Shown piece after piece: positions 9,307 through 19,075 of a stretch of DNA of 64,000 nucleotides. The position numbers and the translations under genes were made by a program. How positions within the stretch are numbered: position 1 is the first letter of the stretch; every line of letters begins with the position of its first letter. The notes under the pieces were generated by a model. The model was not told where the DNA came from and made no database searches. It saw only the letters and a list, made by a program, of their open reading frames with translations. Source of the DNA: Parcubacteria group bacterium (GTDB lineage: Bacteria; Patescibacteriota; Minisyncoccia; UBA6257; Colwellbacteraceae); the NCBI GenBank assembly GCA_041649615.1, contig JBAZMT010000004.1, positions 691 to 64,690 on the forward strand. The letters are read 5' to 3'.

Positions 9307-10275
9307 CTATTGTTCAGTGTTTAATATGTTACGCGCTTTGTTAATAGGAATGGCAAAGCCGATGTTTTCGGCGTTATAAGCCACGGCCACGTTAATGCCG
9401 ATAACTTCGCCTTTGAGGTTGATCAGAGGGCCGCCGGAATTGCCCGGGTTGATGGCCGCATCCGTTTGTAAGACGTTTTCAATCGTTTCGGTATCCCCCG
9501 ATTGATCGGTCGCCGTAATCGTGCGGGCGAGACCGGAAATAACGCCTACCGAAACGGTATCTTTGTATTCACCCAGAGCGTTTCCGATAGCAATGGCCGT
9601 TTGACCGAGGCGAACGGAGTCGGAATTACCAAGATTTAAGACTGGAAAGCCGACTCCTTCAACTTTAAGAAGCGCTAAGTCTTCCGCGTCGTCAATTTTA
9701 ACCACTTTCGCGGCGTAGCTTGCGTCTTTCCCCGAAAAAACGGTATATTCGGCGTTTTTGTCCTGAATTACGTGCTTATTCGTGAGAATCAGGCCGTCCG
9801 AGGAAACGAAAAAACCCGTTCCGCCGCCGATTTCCTGTTTTTCCGTCCGACCAGAATCGCAAGGAACGTAAAATTTAAAATTCGGACCGAAATACGGATC
9901 GGTCACGGGACAGCGTTCAAGAATGGGGACGTCTTTCGTAACGACAACGGAGACGACTCCCAAGGATGCTTTATCTACCGCGCTGATAATCGCTTTTTCA
10001 AATTCTATTTTAGACTCGTAAGATTCGGCTCCTTCATCCTTCAGAAAACCGGTGCCGCCGTCGGTAGACGAAACCGTGGGCGTATTTCCGCTTGTTTTAG
10101 GTTCCCAAAACTTAAGATCGTTTAAAAAATTTCCAATGCCCGTAATTACGTCCGCCTCCGCCTTGGCGCGAGACAGACTGGCTAATTTTGGCGAAGTTTT
10201 AACGAAATCGGCAGCGGCAACGGCAATAACAAAAAAAGCGGCGATGACCGTGAGAAAGATTTTCTTTTTGTCCAT
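9307..10275 (-). CDS. trypsin-like serine protease, S1C (HtrA/DegP-like) family, membrane-anchored, no PDZ domain
   Basis: 322 aa. N-terminal TM, a catalytic His region (ILTNKHVI), an Asp region (DLALLKV) and the Ser motif GNSGGPL. The ORF ends after the protease domain. Confidence 0.85.
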   Translation of the reverse strand: MDKKKIFLTVIAAFFVIAVAAADFVKTSPKLASLSRAKAEADVITGIGNFLNDLKFWEPKTSGNTPTVSSTDGGTGFLKDEGAESYESKIEFEKAIISAVDKASLGVVSVVVTKDVPILERCPVTDPYFGPNFKFYVPCDSGRTEKQEIGGGTGFFVSSDGLILTNKHVIQDKNAEYTVFSGKDASYAAKVVKIDDAEDLALLKVEGVGFPVLNLGNSDSVRLGQTAIAIGNALGEYKDTVSVGVISGLARTITATDQSGDTETIENVLQTDAAINPGNSGGPLINLKGEVIGINVAVAYNAENIGFAIPINKARNILNTEQ

Positions 10276-10341
10276 GAAATTATGATACCAAACTCAAAAC
10301 GCAAAACTCAAAACGTAAAACTACAACTCAAAACTCAAAAT

Positions 10342-11529
10342 TTACTTTCGTTTTATTTTGATCCTGATAAACTTATGCTTTCCCGCTTTGAAAACGATGC
10401 CTTCTTCCGTGAAGTTAATTTCTTTCTGAGGATCGGTCAATTTATTTCCATCGGCTTCAACAGCTCCTTGTTCGATCAGACGGCGGGCTTCGCTTCTGGA
10501 AAGTCCAAAAACATCGGCTATCAGAGTCGTTGCGTCGGCGGGAGTATGGGTCGCTTCTTCAAGTTCCGTAGGCAGTTCTTTGTCGCGGTGAACTTTATCA
10601 AATTCTTCCGCCGCTTTTTCGGCAATAGATTCGCCGTAATAAATGGAAACGATTTCCTCCGCGAGTTTCGCTTTCGCGTCTCGGGGACTTTCGCTACCGA
10701 TCTTTTCTATTTCGTCTTCCGGAACATCGGTGCAAAGCAAAAAATATCGGCTGATGAGTTCGTCTTTCAAGGACATTACTTTCCCGAACATATCGTTCGG
10801 TTCATCGTCAATCGCGATGACATTTCCCCAGCTTGAGGACATTTTCCTTCCGTCCGTTCCTTCAAGCATTTCAAAAGTCATGATGTCTTGCGGTTCCTGG
10901 CCGTATCGGGGCTGGATGACGCGTCCGGCCAATAAATTAAAGAGTTGATCCGAACCGCCGATTTCAACGTCCGCTTTAGTTGCCACGCTGTCGTAACCCT
11001 GCATAAGCGGATACATGAATTCGCGGAGGCTGATTTCTTCGTGACGCTCAAACCTATCGCGGAAATTGCGGCGTTCAAGCATCTGACCCACGGAAAAATT
11101 TTCGGCGAGCTCCGAAATTTCCTGAAAGCCAAGCCGCGAAAGCCACTTACTGTTGAAATGGAACTCGGCGTGTTTTAAATCAACGATTTTCCCGAGCTGT
11201 TTCTTGTAATCTTTGAGATATTTTTTAATCTCCTCGCGCGCGAGCATGGGACGCTTTGCGAGTTTATCCGAAGGATCGCCGATTTGAGCGGTAAAATCAC
11301 CGATAATCAAAACCACTTTGTGTCCCAGTTCCTGAAAAGCGCGAAGTTTGCGCAAAGGAATCGCGCGACCCAGATGGATATGCGGGCTCGTGGGATCAAT
11401 GCCGAACTTAACGCGAAGCTCACGTCCCGATTCAAGGGCGTTTAAAAGATGATCTTTATCAATCACCTCTTCCACTCCGCGAGAGAAGAGAGAAGAAATA
11501 TTATTTGGATTTTTTGACGACTTCATCAA
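10342..11529 (-). CDS. tyrS: tyrosine--tRNA ligase
   Basis: 395 aa. HIGH-class motif [14 protein letters not shown] (KMSKS variant) and a C-terminal S4 RNA-binding domain. Confidence 0.92.
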   Translation of the reverse strand: MMKSSKNPNNISSLFSRGVEEVIDKDHLLNALESGRELRVKFGIDPTSPHIHLGRAIPLRKLRAFQELGHKVVLIIGDFTAQIGDPSDKLAKRPMLAREEIKKYLKDYKKQLGKIVDLKHAEFHFNSKWLSRLGFQEISELAENFSVGQMLERRNFRDRFERHEEISLREFMYPLMQGYDSVATKADVEIGGSDQLFNLLAGRVIQPRYGQEPQDIMTFEMLEGTDGRKMSSSWGNVIAIDDEPNDMFGKVMSLKDELISRYFLLCTDVPEDEIEKIGSESPRDAKAKLAEEIVSIYYGESIAEKAAEEFDKVHRDKELPTELEEATHTPADATTLIADVFGLSRSEARRLIEQGAVEADGNKLTDPQKEINFTEEGIVFKAGKHKFIRIKIKRK

Positions 11530-12109
11530 TTAGCCCGTATTCCTTTGCTTCATCGGCCGAAAGCCAGTAATCCCTGTCGGAATCGTGTTCAATTTTCGCG
11601 AGCGGTTGGCCTGTCATTTTAGCAAGAAGCTGATTTATTTTGCCTTTGGTCTTTAAAATCTGTTTTGCGGCGATTTCAATGTCGCTCGCTTGGCCTTCCG
11701 CGCCACCCATTACCTGATGGATCAAAACTTCGGAGTTCGGTAAAGCGATGCGTCTTCCTTTTTCGCCGGCGGCTAAAAGAAAGGCGGCGATCGAAGCGGC
11801 CATACCGACACAAACCGTTTCAACCGGAGGCTTTACGAATTGCATGGTATCGTAAATCGCCATGCCGGCTGTAACAACACCGCCCGGAGAATTGACATAA
11901 AGCTTGATCGGCTTCTTTTGGTCTTCGCTCGCGAGGAAAAGCATTTGGGCAATGACGGTGTTCGCCACGCCGTCATCAACGAGGCCGCCCAAGAAGATTA
12001 TCCGGTCTTTAAGGAGACGAGAATAAATGTCAAAGGCTCTTTCGCCCGAAGAGGATTTTTCAATAACGGTAGGGATTAAGTAGTCGTTTTTTGAGGGATT
12101 CATATGCAT
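11501..12109 (-). CDS. clpP: ATP-dependent Clp protease proteolytic subunit
   Basis: 202 aa with [20 protein letters not shown]...[20 protein letters not shown]...[10 protein letters not shown]...IHQ, the canonical ClpP Ser-His-Asp context. Confidence 0.95.
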   Translation of the reverse strand: MHMNPSKNDYLIPTVIEKSSSGERAFDIYSRLLKDRIIFLGGLVDDGVANTVIAQMLFLASEDQKKPIKLYVNSPGGVVTAGMAIYDTMQFVKPPVETVCVGMAASIAAFLLAAGEKGRRIALPNSEVLIHQVMGGAEGQASDIEIAAKQILKTKGKINQLLAKMTGQPLAKIEHDSDRDYWLSADEAKEYGLIDEVVKKSK

Positions 12110-12112
12110 ATT

Positions 12113-13381
12113 TTACTCTTCTTCCGGCTTCGGGATAAGAGTTCCTTCATCCGGGGTTTCTGATATTTCTTCGGAGGCAACGAGTCCGCCGGTCTCTAAA
12201 TCGCTTTCCGCCACGCCTCCTTCCTGCACTTCGTTCGGGTTCATTTCGGAACGGACGTCTATTTTCCAGCCGGTAAGTTTTGCCGCCAGCCGTACGTTCT
12301 GGCCTCCTTTGCCGATCGCAAGACTCAACTGATCTTCGGGAACGATGACTCTCGCTTCGTGGCGTTCGTGTATTTCCACTTCTTTCACTTTCGCGGGAGA
12401 GAGAGCGGCCGAAATATATTCTTCAGGATTTTCGGACCATTCAACGATGTCTATTTTTTCGTTGCCTAGTTCGTTCGTTACCGCCATAACGCGAGTTCCG
12501 CGCTGACCTACGCAAGAGCCAATAGGATCAACTCCCGCGATGTCCGAGAACACCGCCATTTTGGTGCGGCTGCCTGCTTCGCGCGCGATGCCCTTGATTT
12601 GAACCGTGCCATCGGCGATTTCGGGAACTTCAAGTTCAAAAAGCTTGGCGATAAAGCGGGGATGAGAGCGCGACAAAACTATTTCCGGCTGACCGCGTCT
12701 GTTTTCCTGAATGGCGAGAACGTAAAAACGCATCCGCTGATTCACGCCGTAGCGTTCGCCAGGAATCGTTTCGTTCTGGAACATAATTCCCGATATGCGG
12801 CCGAGATCAACATGAACGTTTCCGCGATCAAACCGGTGGATCAGCCCTGAAATTATTTTTCCTTCTTTGTCTTTGAACTCGCCGAATACGGCTTCTTTTT
12901 CCGCCTCGCGGAATTTTTGCAAAATCACCTGCTTCGCCGATTGGGCGGCGATGCGGCCGAATTCCGTTTTCGGTTCAAGAGTAAATTCAAGTTTGTCGCC
13001 CAAAATCGCGTCCAGTTTTATTTCTTTCGCTTCGGCCAAAAATATGTGGCGTTCGGGATTGTAACGAGGAAGTTTTTCCTCGGTTTCATCGGTTTCTTGA
13101 ATTCCGGCGGAGGTTTGTTCGGACGTCCCGAATTCTTCTTCGGTTTCCCCTTCTTCCGGTATGCGGACGGTCGTATCGTCAACCACTTCTTTCTCTTGCC
13201 AGAACCTGACTTCGCCGGTATCGGGATTGATTTTCGCTTTTATCACTTCCCCTCTCTCGCCATATTCTTTGCGGTAAGCGGCCGCGAGAGAATCTTCCAC
13301 ACCTTCCAAAACGCGCGAGGCGTCAATGCCACGTTCTTTCGCGATTTGATTTATTATCGTAACGATTTGTTTTAAATCCAT
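12113..13381 (-). CDS. nusA: transcription termination/antitermination factor NusA
   Basis: 422 aa. NusA N-domain (MDLKQIV..INQIAKERGI), an S1 domain, two KH domains (GxxG motifs) and an acidic C-terminal tail. Confidence 0.93.
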   Translation of the reverse strand: MDLKQIVTIINQIAKERGIDASRVLEGVEDSLAAAYRKEYGERGEVIKAKINPDTGEVRFWQEKEVVDDTTVRIPEEGETEEEFGTSEQTSAGIQETDETEEKLPRYNPERHIFLAEAKEIKLDAILGDKLEFTLEPKTEFGRIAAQSAKQVILQKFREAEKEAVFGEFKDKEGKIISGLIHRFDRGNVHVDLGRISGIMFQNETIPGERYGVNQRMRFYVLAIQENRRGQPEIVLSRSHPRFIAKLFELEVPEIADGTVQIKGIAREAGSRTKMAVFSDIAGVDPIGSCVGQRGTRVMAVTNELGNEKIDIVEWSENPEEYISAALSPAKVKEVEIHERHEARVIVPEDQLSLAIGKGGQNVRLAAKLTGWKIDVRSEMNPNEVQEGGVAESDLETGGLVASEEISETPDEGTLIPKPEEE

Positions 13382-13395
13382 TTTATTTTTCTTTT

Positions 13396-13430
13396 GAAAG
13401 CCCCGCCTGAAACTGGCGGGGCTTTCTTCA
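13396..13430 (-). terminator. GC-rich hairpin between the Pro/Ala-rich gene and nusA; possible partial terminator or attenuator
   Basis: 8 bp stem gccccgcc/ggcggggc (13400-13423). The flanking U-tract is weak on both strands. Confidence 0.35.
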
Positions 13431-13467
13431 TCCTTTGATCATATCACCTTAACGCCCAAAAGTCAAA

Positions 13468-14811
13468 TTAGAAGCCCGCGCGCTTTGCCGCTTCGGTAAT
13501 GCCTTTATAAGAGGAAGCGGCGATAAGGTAAGTGTCGCCCGCGACGTTCTTAAACCAGCCGTAGTTAAAGGCGTAGCCGGCAGTCGTAAATGTAGCGTAT
13601 CGGATGGGATTTACGCCTACCGTTCCGGCTCTAAAAGCGGATATGGTTCCCGGATCGGTCAGATAAAAGTTCTTCAGATTGGGAGACGCTTCAAGCGCCG
13701 TGGAAACGGCGTCAAGCGTTGAGGCAGCGGCTTCGGGTTTTACTTTGGCGATAAATCCGGGCAAATCATTCACGCCGTCTTTGTAAACGAATAAGGTAAA
13801 ATCGTCTTCAAAGGCCGCTTCTATTCCGGGAGCGTTAATCTCCGATAACATGGCCGTAATGAACGACGGGAAAGTAAGAGGACCTTCCGCAGTATTGATA
13901 ACGAGTTCCCTTATCATGCCGTCTCCGATCGTTACGCCCGACGTTTCTCCGGCCGGGAAAAGGGCTTTAATGAATTCGGCAGTAACGGTTTCCAAAATAT
14001 TTTCTTCCGTGGAATCAGCAGGGGTTACGATGAATAGAGAAGAATGGGTTGTTACGGGAGTCGGTTCGGGTTCAGGTTCCGGCTCCGGAGGAGTTGGAGT
14101 AGGAAGAGGTTCCGGAGTGGAGACGGGGCTTACAATGAGAGGCCAGGCGAATTTATAGCCTAAGAATCCGAGCGCTCCTAAAATGATCAAGATAACGACG
14201 ACCAATATGATCTTATTTCCGCCTTTTTTCTTCGCGGATGGTTGGACGGTCGTCGGACTAAAGAACGCTTCTTCGCCCATCGGGGCGGGGGAAAACATTT
14301 TAGGCGCGGTTTCCATTCCGCCGGAAGCTTTAAGCGCCGAGGAATCGGTATTCATAGTTCTTACTTCATATTGAGAAGCCGTTGGAGGAGGAACGGAAGC
14401 GGCGGGTCCGCCAAATCCAGAGACGGGCGGAGGCGAAATAGGACGAGAAGCGGGCGCCATTGGTGGAACTGGTGCGGCAGACATTGAAGTCGGAGCGGGA
14501 GTTTGAGCAATTCCTGAAACGCCTGGAATGGATGAAATCGGTACCGAGCCGACAGAAGATGGAGTCGCGTTCATCGGGCCTGGAGTAGGAACAGCATTCG
14601 GAGACCAATCCGTACTTACGGGTTGGTTGAATCCGACACCGCTCCCGTTGAATGGAGCAGGGGCGGGCCCGTCTGAAGCCGAGGCGGGTGCGATTGGGGC
14701 GGGTGTGACTCCCATTGGGGCGGGACTCGCCGGGTTTGTTCCGTTGCCGGGTAAAGCGGAGTTGCTAAAATCCGGACGCACAGGTTGATTTTCGTTTGTT
14801 TGTCCGTTCAT
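13468..14811 (-). CDS. bitopic membrane protein with a low-complexity Pro/Ala/Ser-rich N-terminal region, one TM helix, a (PEPEPE)-type linker and a C-terminal extracytoplasmic domain; unknown function
   Basis: 447 aa. The TM helix is KIILVVVILIILGALGFLGY. The N-terminal 200 aa are strongly P/A/S/G-biased. Confidence 0.6.
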   Translation of the reverse strand: MNGQTNENQPVRPDFSNSALPGNGTNPASPAPMGVTPAPIAPASASDGPAPAPFNGSGVGFNQPVSTDWSPNAVPTPGPMNATPSSVGSVPISSIPGVSGIAQTPAPTSMSAAPVPPMAPASRPISPPPVSGFGGPAASVPPPTASQYEVRTMNTDSSALKASGGMETAPKMFSPAPMGEEAFFSPTTVQPSAKKKGGNKIILVVVILIILGALGFLGYKFAWPLIVSPVSTPEPLPTPTPPEPEPEPEPTPVTTHSSLFIVTPADSTEENILETVTAEFIKALFPAGETSGVTIGDGMIRELVINTAEGPLTFPSFITAMLSEINAPGIEAAFEDDFTLFVYKDGVNDLPGFIAKVKPEAAASTLDAVSTALEASPNLKNFYLTDPGTISAFRAGTVGVNPIRYATFTTAGYAFNYGWFKNVAGDTYLIAASSYKGITEAAKRAGF

Positions 14812-14897
14812 TACTTAATGATAGCAGTACTATCACGAAAAGAGATGTGAATAACCCTGACGCGAATAATTTTATCGCTATTTAAATGAAGAGAAAG

Positions 14898-16997
14898 CTA
14901 CTCTTTCAGTTGCTTAATAGACAAACCGATTTTGCCTTCTTCCACTTTAATCACTTTTGCGCGGACGAAGTCGCCGACGTTTACTACGTCAGTCACGTTT
15001 TTCACGAATCCTTCTTTAAGTTCCGAAACGTGTATCATTCCGTCTTTACCTCCGCTTAAGTCCACGATGGCACCGAAGTCTAAAATTCGAACAACGTTTC
15101 CTTCAACGATTTCGCCCACTTTAAATTCATGAAGAATTGATTCAACTTCTTTTACTCCCGCTTCCAAGGCGGACTTATCCCGCGCGGCCACAAAAACTTT
15201 TCCGGATTCGTCTATGTCAATCGTGACGCCCGTGCGGGCGATGATTCCATTAATCACTTTTCCGCCCGGACCGATGACTTCGCCGATGCGGTCGGGATCG
15301 ATCGCGATAACTTTTACGTGCGGAGCGAATTTCGAAATTTCCGCGCGGGGCGCAGAAATGGTTTTTTCCATAACGGAGAGAATTTCAAGACGCGCTTTTT
15401 TCGCCTGGACCAGTCCCTTAGACAAAACTTCAAGCGGTACGCCCGATATTTTTACGTCCATCTGAATGGCGTTTACCCCGTCTTTGGTGCCCGCAACTTT
15501 AAAATCCATGTCGCCGTGATGATCTTCGGGTCCTTGAATGTCGGTCAATATTTTGTATTCGCCTTCAGAAGACATTAATCCCATCGCAATACCCGCGACC
15601 GGTTTTTTGATGGGTACGCCCGCATCCATTAAAGCCATAATGGAAGAACATACGGAGGCCATTGAGGAAGATCCGTTTGAGGAAAGAATTTCCGAGACAA
15701 CGCGAATGGTGTAAGGAAATTCATCAACCGAAGGAATTACGCTCCTCACCGCTTTTTCCGCGAGCGCGCCGTGGCCGATGTCCCGCCTGCCGGGACCTCG
15801 GTATGATTTCGCTTCTCCCACCGAGTAGCCGGGAAAATTGTAATGAAGCATAAAGCGCTCTTTGCCGACGCGTTCAATGGTTTCAATCATTTTTTCCTGG
15901 CCCGGAGCGGCAAGCGTTACCGTCGCAAGAGATTGGGTATTGCCGCGAATGAAAACCGCGGAGCCGTGAGTGCGGGGCAAAAGCGCCACTTCGGCGTAAA
16001 GTTCGCGAAGCTCATCAAGCGCCCGGCCATCGGGTCTTCGGTTGTTCGCAATTATTTCTTTGTGAACGATGTCGTTAATCAAGATTTCGGTTATTCTTTC
16101 CACGGCCGGAAAATCGTCTTCCGTAAATCCTTTTTCCAAAATGTGCGCCGCAAGCTCTTTTTTTAAGAGTGCGGTCGCGTTTTCGCGTTCGATTTTGCCA
16201 CTCTTAAACAAAGCTTCGTCTATACGGCCGGATAAAAATTCGGAAACGGCCGATTTCAATTCTTCCGAAGGTTCCATAAGCGCCACGTCAACTTTGGTTT
16301 TTCCGACTTTAGAAATCACATCGCGCTCAAATGAAAGAATTTTTTCTATCTCTTTCATCGCTTCGGCGTAAGCGGCGATAATTTCGTTTTCGTCCGCTTC
16401 GTAACCTTCAAACTCAATCATGTTTACTTCTCCGTCTAATCCAGCAATAAAGCTTAAGAATTTTTTATCGTTTTCTTTTTCGCTAAGTTCGCTTTCTTTG
16501 GGATTAATCACAAGCCTGTCGCCTAATTTGGCGATGGAAACGCCCGCGATAGGACCTCCCCAAGGAATATCGGAAATACCAAGCGCCGTAGAAACGGCGG
16601 TAAGGGCCGCGAAATCCGGATCGTTTTCTTCGTCATAAGAAAGAACCGTGGCGGTTACTTGAATGGGACGGCGAATCCTCACGTCAAAAAGGGGTCGGAT
16701 GGCACGATCTATCAGCCGGCCTGAGAGAATGGCGTTCTCGGACGGTTTGCCTTCGCGGCGAACGTATTGACTGCCTAATATTTTTCCGGCGGCGTAAAAC
16801 TTTTCTTCGTAATCAACGATAAGAGGCATAAAGTCTCCTTCCCTGTCACTCTTATCCATTACGACCGTCGCCAAAACGGACGTTTCGCCGTAGGTTGCGA
16901 GTACGGCCGCGTTGGCCTGTTCGGCGAGACGAGAAACTTCCAATTTAAGGGGTCGCCCGGCAACTTCAGTTTCAAAAATTTTTCTGTTTAAATCCAT
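14898..16997 (-). CDS. pnp: polynucleotide phosphorylase (polyribonucleotide nucleotidyltransferase)
   Basis: 699 aa. Two RNase PH-like domains followed by KH and S1 domains (C-terminal GEIVEGNVVRILDFGAIVDL). Confidence 0.96.
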   Translation of the reverse strand: MDLNRKIFETEVAGRPLKLEVSRLAEQANAAVLATYGETSVLATVVMDKSDREGDFMPLIVDYEEKFYAAGKILGSQYVRREGKPSENAILSGRLIDRAIRPLFDVRIRRPIQVTATVLSYDEENDPDFAALTAVSTALGISDIPWGGPIAGVSIAKLGDRLVINPKESELSEKENDKKFLSFIAGLDGEVNMIEFEGYEADENEIIAAYAEAMKEIEKILSFERDVISKVGKTKVDVALMEPSEELKSAVSEFLSGRIDEALFKSGKIERENATALLKKELAAHILEKGFTEDDFPAVERITEILINDIVHKEIIANNRRPDGRALDELRELYAEVALLPRTHGSAVFIRGNTQSLATVTLAAPGQEKMIETIERVGKERFMLHYNFPGYSVGEAKSYRGPGRRDIGHGALAEKAVRSVIPSVDEFPYTIRVVSEILSSNGSSSMASVCSSIMALMDAGVPIKKPVAGIAMGLMSSEGEYKILTDIQGPEDHHGDMDFKVAGTKDGVNAIQMDVKISGVPLEVLSKGLVQAKKARLEILSVMEKTISAPRAEISKFAPHVKVIAIDPDRIGEVIGPGGKVINGIIARTGVTIDIDESGKVFVAARDKSALEAGVKEVESILHEFKVGEIVEGNVVRILDFGAIVDLSGGKDGMIHVSELKEGFVKNVTDVVNVGDFVRAKVIKVEEGKIGLSIKQLKE

Positions 16998-17062
16998 ATT
17001 TTATTTTGTTTAATTTTTACCCTCCTAGGTTTTACTTCGTAAAATTTTGGAGGGTGAATTTT

Positions 17063-17614
17063 TTATTTTTTGATTATTCTTCTGCGACTAGCCGCGCGGC
17101 TGCGTTCCGATTTAAACACGGCTTTCGGAATATCGTCCACGTCTATGAATTTGTCCACTTCTTCTTTCATTTTGCCGGAAGTGGTTCGGCCGAAAGCGAC
17201 AACTTCAACTATTTTCCCGAGACCGATCTGCAGATATTCCACGAGCGGAATGAAGTCGCCGTCACCCGTCGCGAGAATAATGACATCCAAGCTCGGCGCG
17301 AGACGAATGGCGTCAACCGCCATCCCCACATCCCAGTCGGCTTTTTTCGCGCCGGAGGAATAAATCTGGAGATCTTTCATCCGGAGTTCTATTCCTTCTT
17401 TTTCAAGAGCGCCGAAAAACGCTTCCTCTCCCGTTTGCGGATCGGAAGAAACGACATAGCCGATCGCTCGCGCGACTTTGCGTCCGGCGGCTACGTATTT
17501 GATAAGTTCTTTATAATTGACCCGGCTTCCATGCAGGTTCCTCGCTGAGTGATAAAGGTTCTGAATATCCAAAAATATTCCTACTCGTTGTTCCGTATTA
17601 ATTGAATTTGCCAT
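17063..17614 (-). CDS. NYN-domain (LabA-like, PIN-fold) protein, putative ribonuclease
   Basis: 183 aa. RVGIFLDIQNLY ... DVIILATGDGDFIPLVEYLQ..GKIVEVVAFG matches NYN/DUF88 (PF01936) acidic-residue motifs. The ATG abuts the rpsO stop, so the gene is inserted between rpsO and pnp. Confidence 0.75.
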   Translation of the reverse strand: MANSINTEQRVGIFLDIQNLYHSARNLHGSRVNYKELIKYVAAGRKVARAIGYVVSSDPQTGEEAFFGALEKEGIELRMKDLQIYSSGAKKADWDVGMAVDAIRLAPSLDVIILATGDGDFIPLVEYLQIGLGKIVEVVAFGRTTSGKMKEEVDKFIDVDDIPKAVFKSERSRAASRRRIIKK

Positions 17615-17908
17615 TTAGGCCGTTCTCTTTTTACCCGTTTTCTTTTCCGCCTTGGCTTCGCTCTTTGCCTTTCTGCCGGCTTTTTTCTCCGCTTCGGCAG
17701 ATAAATATCTTTCCAGTTTGCGGCGTTTGCTCACCATCTTCAAAAGACCTCTTCTTGAGTGAATGTCCTTAGGGTTTTTTTTCAGGTGATCGGCAAGTTC
17801 CGAAATGCGGCGATTCAGGACGCCAACCTGGACGTTCGCCGAGCCGGTATCCGTTTCGTGAATCTGGGCTTCTTTAATAATGTTCGCTTTAACTCTTTTA
17901 GTAAGCAT
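17615..17908 (-). CDS. rpsO: 30S ribosomal protein S15 with a Lys/Ala-rich C-terminal extension
   Basis: 97 aa. [48 protein letters not shown] matches the S15 consensus. Confidence 0.93.
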   Translation of the reverse strand: MLTKRVKANIIKEAQIHETDTGSANVQVGVLNRRISELADHLKKNPKDIHSRRGLLKMVSKRRKLERYLSAEAEKKAGRKAKSEAKAEKKTGKKRTA

Positions 17909-18091
17909 TTAGGTAATAATATGCTGAAAAATGGGATTTTTCAAGCTAACTCAAATGTCAAAGCTCAAAACTCAAAATTAAAACCTTTAACCTTTAATCT
18001 TTAGAGATTTGAGATAATTGGCTGTGGTTTCGACGTTTGAGTTTTGAGATTTGAGATAATGTTTTACGACATATCCATGATAAGATGAGAT

Positions 18092-18988
18092 TTGATGACC
18101 GCCATAGAGAAACTCCTAAAGGACTACTTTGATTACCTTCAGATAGAGAAAAACCGTTCGCCGAAGACGAAGGCGGTATATGAGAGGGCTTTAAGAAAGT
18201 TTGTGGAATTTGGAAAAATCCAAAATCCCAAAGACATTACGGACGAGCGCATCCGGAATTTCCGAGTGCATTTGGCCGAGAAGGGAGAACTTAAAAAGAA
18301 CACGCAAGGATATTATGCGATCGCCATCAGAAATTTTTTAAAATACCTGGTCAAACGCGACGTGCCGGCTTTAACACCTGAAAAAATAGAATTGCCGCAA
18401 ATGCAGAAGCGGCAGATAGAAGTAATTGAATACGGAGATTTGGAGAGGCTTCTTGAAACGCCAAAGGGAAATTCGGTGAAAGTTTTGCGCGATCGGGCGA
18501 TTTTGGAAACGCTTTTTTCGACGGGGCTTCGCGTTTCGGAACTTTGCGCTTTGGGAAGGTACATTAATACCGATCGCGGAGAAATATCGGTGAAAGGAAA
18601 AGGCGAAAAAATAAGGGTGGTCTTTTTATCGGAGAGAGCGAAAAAAGCGATAAAGGCGTATTTGGACAAACGCGATGACGCGGAAGAGGCGTTATTTATA
18701 ACGTTTACGCACGCGAAACAAGCAAAGCCGATCGGGAGAATGACGCCCCGAACGGTTGAACGGATCATAGATCACTACGCGCGCGAAGCGGGAATTCCGA
18801 AGAGTGTCCATCCGCATACTCTGCGGCATTTGTTTGCAACAGACTTGCTCATGAACGGGGCGGACTTGCGTTCGGTTCAAGAAATGCTGGGACACTCAAA
18901 CATTCAGACGACTCAAATTTACACGCACCTCACGAATAGAGAATTGAAAGACATTCACAAATCATTTCACGGAAGAAGAAGAGGATGA
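18092..18988 (+). CDS. tyrosine recombinase, XerC/XerD family
   Basis: 298 aa. N-terminal SAM-like core-binding domain and a catalytic domain with R...HPHTLRH...TQIYTHL (catalytic Tyr). Confidence 0.9.
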   Translation: MMTAIEKLLKDYFDYLQIEKNRSPKTKAVYERALRKFVEFGKIQNPKDITDERIRNFRVHLAEKGELKKNTQGYYAIAIRNFLKYLVKRDVPALTPEKIELPQMQKRQIEVIEYGDLERLLETPKGNSVKVLRDRAILETLFSTGLRVSELCALGRYINTDRGEISVKGKGEKIRVVFLSERAKKAIKAYLDKRDDAEEALFITFTHAKQAKPIGRMTPRTVERIIDHYAREAGIPKSVHPHTLRHLFATDLLMNGADLRSVQEMLGHSNIQTTQIYTHLTNRELKDIHKSFHGRRRG

Positions 18989-18994
18989 TGACTT

Positions 18995-19027
18995 CTGCCT
19001 GTACTGACACCTTGTCAGTACAGGCAG
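18995..19027. repeat. 14 bp perfect inverted repeat CTGCCTGTACTGAC-N5-GTCAGTACAGGCAG just after the recombinase stop
   Basis: Read directly from the sequence. On the plus strand it is followed by an A-run, so it is not a canonical terminator for the plus-strand gene. Confidence 0.6.
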
Positions 19028-19062
19028 AAAATAAAAAAGCGCCACGATTGAAGCGTGCGCGC
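19028..19062 (-). terminator. rho-independent terminator for the 19076..19408 minus-strand gene
   Basis: Minus strand reads GCGCACG-CTTCAAT-CGTGGCGC followed by TTTTTTATTTT. Confidence 0.55.
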
Positions 19063-19075
19063 TTGTGCAAAAAAA

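Noticed and set aside
14242-14608. Arg/Gly-rich short ORFs on both strands inside the Pro/Ala-rich gene
   Set aside because: These are alternative-frame artefacts of a low-complexity GC-rich coding region.
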